DNA of 32,000 bases from Propionibacterium freudenreichii subsp. freudenreichii (lineage in GTDB: Bacteria > Actinomycetota > Actinomycetes > Propionibacteriales > Propionibacteriaceae). Both the position numbers and the translations under genes were made by a program. The stretch's first letter is position 1; the number at the start of each line of letters is the position of its first letter. Below the pieces are notes generated by a model. The model saw only the letters and a program-made list of their open reading frames with translations. It was not told the origin of the DNA and searched no databases. The stretch spans positions 150,001-182,000 of the forward strand of contig NZ_CP010341.1 in the NCBI RefSeq assembly GCF_000940845.1. Direction: 5' to 3'. Positions 25,576 to 32,000 of this stretch are shown here, piece by piece.

Positions 25576-26256
25576 CTACTTGTCGTCGCGTCCCCACTTG
25601 AAACCGGTGGTGATGAAGGCCACGAGGAGCACGCCCACCCAAGCCATGGCCATGCCGACCAACCCGTAATCGGACGCGATGGCGGTGAGCGGGATGGCGA
25701 TGCCCAGCGAGATCGAGAGGGCGGCGGTGCGGCCGCTGCGACGCTTGTCCTCCTGCTTCGCCTTCCGCTTCTCGATCTCGGCGTTCTGCTGGTGCTGCGC
25801 GCCCAGCTGGGAGTCGACGCGCGCCAGGAACGAATCGATCACGGCGTCGGAGTACTGGGGCCCCATCTCGCCGAAGGCCTCCAGGCTCGCCCGGGCATCG
25901 TTACGCGCCTCGTCGGAGTAGCGCGGTGGCTGTTGCGGCCGGCCCTGGGGCTGCTGGGGCATGGGCGCCTGCGGACGTTGCTGCGGCATCGGGGCCTGCG
26001 GATGCTGGGGAGGCATCGGCTGGCGGGCCTGCAACGGCGGCGGGGCCTGGTATTGCCCCTGGCCGGGCCGCGCACCCGGGTACTGCCCCTGATCGGGCGC
26101 CGCACCCTGCCTGCCGTACTGCCCCTGGCCGGGATGTCCGCCCGGGCGGGGCTGATAGCCCCTGATGGGCGCCCAGCCACCCGGTGCCGTCGGATCGCGC
26201 ACCCAGCCCTCGGGATCGTTCTGACCGGACGAATCGGGCGGCATGGGCTGGGACAT
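25576..26256 (-). CDS. Hypothetical P/Q/G-rich protein with two C-terminal transmembrane helices
   Basis: The N-terminal half is low complexity, with GQGQY three times and QAPMPQQ twice. A charged helical segment follows (AEIEKRKAKQEDKRRSGR), then two hydrophobic helices. GAGGG lies about 12 nt upstream of the ATG at 26256. Confidence 0.6.
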   Translation of the reverse strand: MSQPMPPDSSGQNDPEGWVRDPTAPGGWAPIRGYQPRPGGHPGQGQYGRQGAAPDQGQYPGARPGQGQYQAPPPLQARQPMPPQHPQAPMPQQRPQAPMPQQPQGRPQQPPRYSDEARNDARASLEAFGEMGPQYSDAVIDSFLARVDSQLGAQHQQNAEIEKRKAKQEDKRRSGRTAALSISLGIAIPLTAIASDYGLVGMAMAWVGVLLVAFITTGFKWGRDDK

Positions 26257-26602
26257 GGCTCAATTCAACCCTCGAAAGCCACCGCGTGCCATCCGTGCCC
26301 AGAAAACACCGGGTCGGGTCGGGGCAAGGCCCTGCGTCACCGATAGCGCCAGTTGCGCCCGCGACGCGCAATCCGGCCCTATGCCGCCTAGTGTTCGTAT
26401 CAGCCGGACGGGCCCCCGAGACCACCCACCCCGTCCGGTGCGACGCCCTGATCTGACGCGCTGACGTGGACGCAATGATGTGACGCGACGACGTGACGAC
26501 AGGACCAGTTCCATCGCCCCTGCAGTATTCAACGTGCCCCACCAGCGCGGCAGACGCAGGGGCGATCGGCGGCACTGGGGGCTACCCCACCCCGGCCCCC
26601 AG

Positions 26603-26650
26603 TGCCCAACCGAAGCTGTGCCCAACCGAAGCTGCCCGGCTGAAGCTGTG
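26603..26650 (+). repeat. 16-bp tandem direct repeat (2 perfect copies plus 1 degenerate) about 85-130 nt upstream of pheA
   Basis: TGCCCAACCGAAGCTG occurs at 26603-26618 and 26619-26634. It is followed by the degenerate copy CCCGGCTGAAGCTGTG. Confidence 0.7.
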
Positions 26651-26734
26651 CAATCGAACCCCGCGCCGCGCCCCACCCCCCGCCGTCACCCCTCGGCTTT
26701 CCGCGCCTTGCCAGGTGACCGTAGGCTCGTGCCC

Positions 26735-27721
26735 ATGCTCGGATATTTCGGCCCGGAGGGCACCTTCACGCATCAGGCCCTGCTCAGCGTGAGCGAGGAC
26801 GAGGCGACGCCCTTCAGCACCGTGGCCGCCGCACTCGATGCGGTGCGCGCCGAGGAGATCGACGCCGCCATGGTGCCCATCGAGAACTCGGTGGAGGGCT
26901 CGGTCTCGGCAACCATCGACAACCTGGGCAGCCTCGACGCGCCGCGCCTGCAGATCATGCAGGAGGTGCTCGTGGAGGTCACCTTCGACCTGTGCGCCCG
27001 CCCCGGCACCACCCTCGACCAGGTGCACCGCATCATCACCCATCCGCACGCGGCCGCGCAGGTGCGTGACTGGCTGAGCCTGCACCTGCCCGAAGCCGAG
27101 GTGATCGAACGCGGCTCCACGGCAGCTGCCGCCCAGGCGGTCTCCGACCCCGATTCGGGTTTCGACGCAGCCGTCTGCGCCCCCATCGCCGGACGCCTCT
27201 ACGGGCTCGTGCCGCTGGCCACCGACATCGCCGACAACGACGCCGCCGTCACCCGCTTCGTGCTGGTGGGACGCCCCGGCCGCCCGGCACTGGCCACCGG
27301 CGCCGACAAGACCACGCTGGTGGCCTATATGCGCCATGACGAGCCCGGCGCGCTGCTCAGCATCCTGCAGCAGTTCGCGGTGCGCGGGGTGAACCTGTGC
27401 CGCATCGAGTCGCGTCCCACCAAGACCACCCTGGGCAACTACTGCTTCAACATGGACGCCGAGGGACACCTCGACGACTTCCGCGTCGCGGCCGCCCTGA
27501 TGGGCCTCAAGCGGGTCTGCAAGGACGTGATCTTCCTGGGCAGCTATGCCCGCGCCGACCAGCAGCTGCCCAATGTCCCGGTGGGCGCCAAGGACTCCGA
27601 CTACCGCGCCGCCGGCGCCTGGCTGGAGGGCCTGGGCGGCAACATGATCATCAACGCGCCCGGATCCACCTCCGCCTCGAACAGCGACCCCGACCCCACC
27701 AGGTCGCCGTCCAACTCGTAG
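26735..27721 (+). CDS. pheA: Prephenate dehydratase
   Basis: The protein starts [17 protein letters not shown], the PDT N-terminal motif. It also has [19 protein letters not shown], and an ACT domain ([38 protein letters not shown]...[10 protein letters not shown]). An in-frame GTG at 26729 is an alternative start. A C-terminal tail of about 55 aa follows FLGSYARA. Confidence 0.9.
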   Translation: MLGYFGPEGTFTHQALLSVSEDEATPFSTVAAALDAVRAEEIDAAMVPIENSVEGSVSATIDNLGSLDAPRLQIMQEVLVEVTFDLCARPGTTLDQVHRIITHPHAAAQVRDWLSLHLPEAEVIERGSTAAAAQAVSDPDSGFDAAVCAPIAGRLYGLVPLATDIADNDAAVTRFVLVGRPGRPALATGADKTTLVAYMRHDEPGALLSILQQFAVRGVNLCRIESRPTKTTLGNYCFNMDAEGHLDDFRVAAALMGLKRVCKDVIFLGSYARADQQLPNVPVGAKDSDYRAAGAWLEGLGGNMIINAPGSTSASNSDPDPTRSPSNS

Positions 27722-29241
27722 GGCATCGGCTCGTCCACCTCGACGCTCATCGCGACGCCCGCGTACTGCTCCAGCGTCGGGTCGGCACCCATCCGGGTGA
27801 GCACCTGCGCGGTCGCACGCGCCCACGCCGACAGGCCCACCGGGGAACCCACCACCATCTCCATGCGCCCGTCGGTGGGGTCGGCGTCGGGCATGAGCTC
27901 CACCCCGCCACCGATCGAGGGCACATTGCCCATCACGGTGAGCACCGCATTGCGCCTGGTCTGCTTCGAGCCGTCCACGCTGATCTCCACCCGGTGCGGC
28001 TTGGTGAACAGCTCGGGCATCGCCGAGAACACATAGGCAGCCGCACCCAGCGCCTTCTTCAGCGACTCATTGGTGCGCTGCATCAGGCGCGCGTCGAAGC
28101 CGATGCCGGCCATCACCGCAAAGTAAAGGGGCTTGTCAGCCTGCGCATCGACGACCATCCGCACCAGGTCGAGCGGCGTCGGCTCGCCACCCACGGCCAC
28201 CGAGATGGCATCCTCCATGTCAATCGGGATGCCCACGTTCTTGGCCAGCAGGTTGGCGGTGCCCGAGGGCACGATGCCCATCGGAATGCCGCTGCCTGCC
28301 AGCGCGCCCGACACCTCGCGCACGGTGCCGTCGCCGCCGGCGGCCACCACCAGGTCGGCCCCCCGGGCGATCGCCTCCCGCGCCTGTGCCGCGCCGGGTT
28401 GGGCGATGGTGGTGGGCAGCCACAACGGGATCTCCCAGTGCGCCCCGGCCAGCTCGCTGACCAGCTGGCGGCGGAACACCATCTCGTCGCGCATCTTGGC
28501 CGGGTTGTAGATCACCGCGCACAGGCCGCCGCGGGGACGCACCGCGTTGGCCGGATGCCGCGGGACGATCAGCGGCAGCATGCGCACCCGGGCGAACAGC
28601 ATGACGGCGCTCACCACGGCCGCACCCAGCAGGACGCCCGCGATGATGTCGGTGAAGTGGTGGGCGTTCATCAGCCAGCGGTCGAAGCCCATCGCCACCA
28701 CGAAGGCGAAGCCGACCAGGCGCCACAGCACCACGGCCCAGCGCGGCTGGCGCGTCGTGGTGGTGACGCCCACGACCACGGCGGCGGTGGCGGTGGCCAT
28801 CGCCATGTGCAGGCTCGGATACGACGACCCCTGGTAGGTGATCGCATCGGCCATCGGCGAGGGCGGCCGGGCCCGGTTCACCGACGCCTTGATGGCCTGG
28901 CAGATCAGCATCGTCAGCGCGCCCGACACCAGCGAGGTGACCGCCAGGTGACGCAGGCGACGTCGCCACGCCCAGATGGCGATCACCACGAGCAGCAGGC
29001 ACATCACCGCCGGATGCGCCACGATCGCGAATGCGGACGCCACCTGGGCCACCGGGGAGTCACGCACCAGGCGCGGCACATTGCTCGAGGCGTCCAGCCC
29101 CGCGAACACCTGGGTGCGCAGCGTCAGGCGCGTCCAGGCCAGGAAGCAGGCGGTGAAGACCGCAGTCGCCCACGCAGTGAAGCGGCTGAACGGTCGGGTG
29201 GTCACATCGCGATTCTCCCAGAGCATGCAACCCGGGCACAT
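27601..29241 (-). CDS. Bifunctional PAP2 phosphatase / diacylglycerol-kinase-family lipid kinase fusion protein
   Basis: The N-terminal membrane domain carries the three PAP2 motifs: [14 protein letters not shown] and [16 protein letters not shown]. The C-terminal domain is DAGK/YegS type ([39 protein letters not shown]). The start is the ATG at 29241 (MCPGC) or 29226 (MLWEN). The listed ORF extension to 30264 is antisense to serS. Confidence 0.85.
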   Translation of the reverse strand: MCPGCMLWENRDVTTRPFSRFTAWATAVFTACFLAWTRLTLRTQVFAGLDASSNVPRLVRDSPVAQVASAFAIVAHPAVMCLLLVVIAIWAWRRRLRHLAVTSLVSGALTMLICQAIKASVNRARPPSPMADAITYQGSSYPSLHMAMATATAAVVVGVTTTTRQPRWAVVLWRLVGFAFVVAMGFDRWLMNAHHFTDIIAGVLLGAAVVSAVMLFARVRMLPLIVPRHPANAVRPRGGLCAVIYNPAKMRDEMVFRRQLVSELAGAHWEIPLWLPTTIAQPGAAQAREAIARGADLVVAAGGDGTVREVSGALAGSGIPMGIVPSGTANLLAKNVGIPIDMEDAISVAVGGEPTPLDLVRMVVDAQADKPLYFAVMAGIGFDARLMQRTNESLKKALGAAAYVFSAMPELFTKPHRVEISVDGSKQTRRNAVLTVMGNVPSIGGGVELMPDADPTDGRMEMVVGSPVGLSAWARATAQVLTRMGADPTLEQYAGVAMSVEVDEPMPYELDGDLVGSGSLFEAEVDPGALMIMLPPRPSSQAPAAR

Positions 29242-29352
29242 CCGGCACCGGCAGCTCGTGGCGGCCCGGGCACGTCCACGCGCCCCACCGGATCGCGGTA
29301 CGCGCGCAGACGGGGGCGCTGGCCGGGCGCTGCGAACGCTAACCTTGAGCCC

Positions 29353-30627
29353 ATGATCGACCCGAAATTGTTGCGCACCGATCCTGACCGCGTCCGCCGT
29401 TCCCAGCGGGCCCGGGGCGAGTCCGTCGAGCTTGTTGACCAGGCCCTGGCGGCAGACGAGGCGCGCCGCTCGTCGATCAGCGCCTTCGAGCAGGCCCGCG
29501 CCGAGCAGAAGTCGCTGGGCGCGTTGATCGCCAAGGCCTCCGGCGACGAGCGCAATGCGCTGCTGTCGCGCACCAAGGAGCTGGCCGCGAAGGTGCGCGA
29601 GCTGGACGCGTCGGCCCACGAGGCCGATGAGCACTACACCGAGGTGGTCAAGCAGTTCGGCAACATCGTCTTCGAGGACGTGCCGGAGGGCGGCGAGGAC
29701 GACCTGTTCGTCATCGACACCGAGGGCACGCCGCGCGACTTCGCCGGCGAGGGCATCACGATCCGCGACCACCTCGAGCTCGGCGAGATGCTCGACGCCA
29801 TCGACATGGAGCGCGGCGCCAAGGTGTCGGGCAGCCGCTTCTACTACCTCAAGGGCCCGGGCGCGATGCTCGAGTTCGCCCTGATCCAGTTCGCGCTGCA
29901 CAAGGCGCTGGAATGGGGCCTCACCCCGATGATCCCGCCGGCGCTGGTGAACCCGGCCGCCATGGAGGGCACCGGATTCCTCGGCCAGGCCGCCGACGAC
30001 GTCTACTACCTCGAACGCGACAACCAATACCTGGTCGGCACCGCCGAGGTGCCGCTGGCCGCCTACCACTCCGACGAGATCCTCGATTCCAAGGAACTGC
30101 CGCTGCGCTACGCCGGATTCAGCCCGGCCTATCGTCGCGAGGCCGGCAGCTACGGCAAGGACACCCGCGGCATCTTCCGGGTGCACTGGTTCGACAAGTT
30201 CGAGATGTTCACCTACTGCCGTCCCGAGGACGCGGTGGCCGAGCACGAGCGGCTGCTGGCCCACGAGAAGGAGTTCATCAGCGCACTCGGCATCCCGTTC
30301 GAGGTGCTCGACGTCGCCTCCGGCGACCTGGGGCTGTCGGCCGCGCGCAAGTACGACTGCTACGGCTGGGTGCCCTCGCAGGACAAGTACCGCGAGATCA
30401 CGTCCACCTCGAACTGCACCGAGTTCCAGGCGCGCCGGCTCAACATCCGCATGCGCGATGGCAAGCAGGTGACGCCCCTGGCGACGCTCAACGGCACGCT
30501 GTGCGCGATGACCCGCATGATCGTGATGATCCTCGAGAACTACCAGCAGGTTGATGGTTCCGTGGTGATCCCCGAGGTGCTACGTCCCTACCTGGGTGGA
30601 CGCGAGGTCTTCACGCCCAAGGGCTGA
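29353..30627 (+). CDS. serS: Seryl-tRNA synthetase
   Basis: The 424-aa protein starts [17 protein letters not shown] and has an N-terminal coiled-coil arm. Class II core motifs are present: [53 protein letters not shown] and [21 protein letters not shown]. The listed ORF start at 27397 is a 1.9-kb shadow extension. Confidence 0.95.
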   Translation: MIDPKLLRTDPDRVRRSQRARGESVELVDQALAADEARRSSISAFEQARAEQKSLGALIAKASGDERNALLSRTKELAAKVRELDASAHEADEHYTEVVKQFGNIVFEDVPEGGEDDLFVIDTEGTPRDFAGEGITIRDHLELGEMLDAIDMERGAKVSGSRFYYLKGPGAMLEFALIQFALHKALEWGLTPMIPPALVNPAAMEGTGFLGQAADDVYYLERDNQYLVGTAEVPLAAYHSDEILDSKELPLRYAGFSPAYRREAGSYGKDTRGIFRVHWFDKFEMFTYCRPEDAVAEHERLLAHEKEFISALGIPFEVLDVASGDLGLSAARKYDCYGWVPSQDKYREITSTSNCTEFQARRLNIRMRDGKQVTPLATLNGTLCAMTRMIVMILENYQQVDGSVVIPEVLRPYLGGREVFTPKG

Positions 30628-30747
30628 GGCCCTGCGGCCCGGCCGCTTCCCTGCTGCGCGATACTGGGTGACAACACCGTTCCCGGGTGCCTGTCGCGCA
30701 CAGGGCACGTCCCGTACCGAGAATGTCCCGCAAAGAGGGGGGTCGTC

Positions 30748-31428
30748 ATGGAACACACGGTCGATCTGGCCGGCGAGTACCTGCTGTTGGTGCTCGACGA
30801 CCACAAGGGTGGCTTCCGCCAGGACCTGACCACCATCGATTACACGGTTGCGGCCGCCGAGCTGGTCGACCTGGTGGGCATGGGCGCCCTCGAGTTCACC
30901 GGCACCGGCGAGAACCGCACCTTCGTGCCCGGTGAGAAGGCGCCGCAGGACCCCCTGCTGGCCGAGCTTGCCGAGCTGGCAGCCGGACGCAGCTACGACG
31001 AGGCCATCACCGCGCTGAGCGGTGGCGTCTCGGTGGGCGACGACAAGCCCCGCTCACTGCGCAGCCTGGAGTTGGAACGGCTGGTGAACGCCGGCATCCT
31101 GCGGGCCCAGCACGGCAAGCTGCTCGGGCTCATCCCGCGCACCCGCTATCCGCAGGCCGATCCCACCGTGGAACTGGAACTGCGCGCCCGGCTCAGCGGC
31201 GCACTCGTCGGTACCACCGACCTTGATGACCGCTCCCGCGCCCTCATCGCGCTGCTCTATGCCGCCCACGCGCTGGGCAAGGCCTTCCCCGACCTCGACC
31301 AGAAGCGCATCTGGCGTCGCGGCAAGGAAATCGCCAACGAGTCCTGGGAGGACGACGGCCTGGCGCTGGCGCTGGCGCAGTACGCCACCTACATGGCCAC
31401 CCTGTCCGCCGCCTCTCTGGGGCGCTGA
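30748..31428 (+). CDS. GPP34/GOLPH3-like family protein
   Basis: The protein shows the GPP34 pattern LAGEYLLLVLDDHKGGF at the N-terminus. Later blocks are LVNAGIL...GLIPRTRYP..DP..E.ELRARL and DDRSRALIALLYAAHAL. GAGGGGGG lies upstream of the ATG at 30748. Confidence 0.7.
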   Translation: MEHTVDLAGEYLLLVLDDHKGGFRQDLTTIDYTVAAAELVDLVGMGALEFTGTGENRTFVPGEKAPQDPLLAELAELAAGRSYDEAITALSGGVSVGDDKPRSLRSLELERLVNAGILRAQHGKLLGLIPRTRYPQADPTVELELRARLSGALVGTTDLDDRSRALIALLYAAHALGKAFPDLDQKRIWRRGKEIANESWEDDGLALALAQYATYMATLSAASLGR

Positions 31429-31567
31429 GCCGCAGCGGAGCCGGTCACCCGGTCAGGCGCGCAGGTCGTCCGTCAGGGCCTCGACAGAATCGAAGGACTC
31501 CCCGATGTGGTGCTCCGCTTCGTAGCGGGCATGCGCGTGTCGAGTGAACTCACGGCCTCGGTCGAAC

Positions 31568-32000
31568 TCATTGCTTCGCCGTCACGGTGATGATCCCCTC
31601 ACCCGGCGTGACCGCGCCCTGCGCAGCTTGGGTGACCGAGGCGAACTTGCGGGGGTTGGTGACCAGCACGGGCGTGATCATGGAGTAGCCGGCTGATTCG
31701 ATCACCTTGCGGTCGAAGCGGACGAGGACGTCGCCGGTGGTGACGCGGTCGCCGCGGGCGACGTGGACGTCGAAGCCGGTGCCGCCCAGGTTGACGGTGT
31801 CGATGCCCACGTGGATGAGCAGTTCGATGCCGTTGTCGAGCTTGATGCCGAAGGCGTGTCCGGTGTCCTGGGCGACGATGATCTTGCCGTCGCCCGGTGA
31901 GGTGATCGTGTCCCCGGTGGGATCGATACCCACACCCAATCCGACGATGCCCTTGCTGAACACCGGATCGGGCACATCCGACAACGCCACCACGCGACCC
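31568..32000 (-). CDS. PTS glucose-family EIIA component; 5' end lies outside the window
   Basis: EIIA-Glc hallmarks are present: LSDVPDPVFSKGIVGLGVGIDP and GHAFGIKLDNGIELLIHVGIDTV (the phospho-His region). The stop TGA is at 31568-31570. The frame is still open at the window edge. Confidence 0.85.
   Translation of the reverse strand, partial: GRVVALSDVPDPVFSKGIVGLGVGIDPTGDTITSPGDGKIIVAQDTGHAFGIKLDNGIELLIHVGIDTVNLGGTGFDVHVARGDRVTTGDVLVRFDRKVIESAGYSMITPVLVTNPRKFASVTQAAQGAVTPGEGIITVTAKQ

Noticed and set aside
26480-26500. A possible CRP/GlxR-type site near TGTGACGCGACGACGTGACGA upstream of pheA.
   Set aside because: The second half-site is a direct repeat (GTGAC) rather than the inverted TCACA required by the TGTGA-N6-TCACA consensus. 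It is retained only as part of the TGACG direct-repeat cluster finding.
27397-29352. The upstream 1.9 kb of the 1076-aa ORF 27397..30627, in frame with serS.
   Set aside because: The translated sequence is R/H/G/P-rich with no domain pattern and lies antisense to the well-supported PAP2-DAGK gene. SerS begins with the canonical MIDPKLLR at 29353. This is a shadow ORF of the kind expected in high-GC DNA.
29242-30264. The N-terminal extension of the minus-strand ORF 27601..30264 (887 aa) across serS.
   Set aside because: It is antisense to serS and its composition is not protein-like. The PAP2 domain starts right after the ATG at 29241/29226.
31453-31581. A minus-strand reading frame ending ...ARYEAEHHIGESFDSVEALTDDLRA* in the GPP34-EIIA gap. 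It looks protein-like, resembling an antitoxin-like C-terminus.
   Set aside because: Only about 42 codons are open between stops, and there is no ATG, GTG or TTG in frame. At best it is a gene remnant, so it was not called.

Overview
This is a high-GC (roughly two-thirds G+C) actinobacterial chromosomal segment, densely packed with housekeeping genes on both strands. I saw no rRNA, tRNA, CRISPR array, integrase or transposase. Left to right: the 3' part of a membrane-anchored S8 (mycosin-like) protease, an SdpI/DUF1648 membrane protein, an EcsC-family protein, citrate synthase, an Rpf-LysM resuscitation-promoting factor, a membrane Ser/Thr kinase with an atypical catalytic core, Leu/Phe-tRNA-protein transferase overlapping an Fpg/Nei glycosylase, and an FGGY sugar kinase. 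Next comes a ~6.6 kb lower-GC island carrying a complete type IC restriction-modification operon (hsdM-hsdS-hsdR) plus one orphan gene. After it lie an ABC-2 exporter pair, a markedly low-GC ketopantoate-reductase-family gene, pabB plus a class IV aminotransferase (pabC-like), a P/Q-rich membrane protein, prephenate dehydratase, a PAP2-phosphatase/DAG-kinase fusion, serS, a GPP34/GOLPH3-like protein and the 3' part of a PTS EIIA gene. The signals the gene calls do not explain are as follows. (1) An array of ~35-nt hairpin-containing tandem repeats lies upstream of aat. (2) A 16-nt G-rich tandem array with a canonical G-quadruplex pattern lies between nei and the sugar kinase. (3) A structured AT-rich leader with mutually exclusive pairings lies upstream of rpf and is a riboswitch or attenuator candidate. 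(4) A 12-bp (LEAE)n repeat sits in the hsdS spacer region. (5) The orphan gene sits next to hsdR. (6) The kinase lacks the canonical Lys/Glu pair. Many very long ORFs in the six-frame track are shadow ORFs typical of high-GC DNA and were not called.
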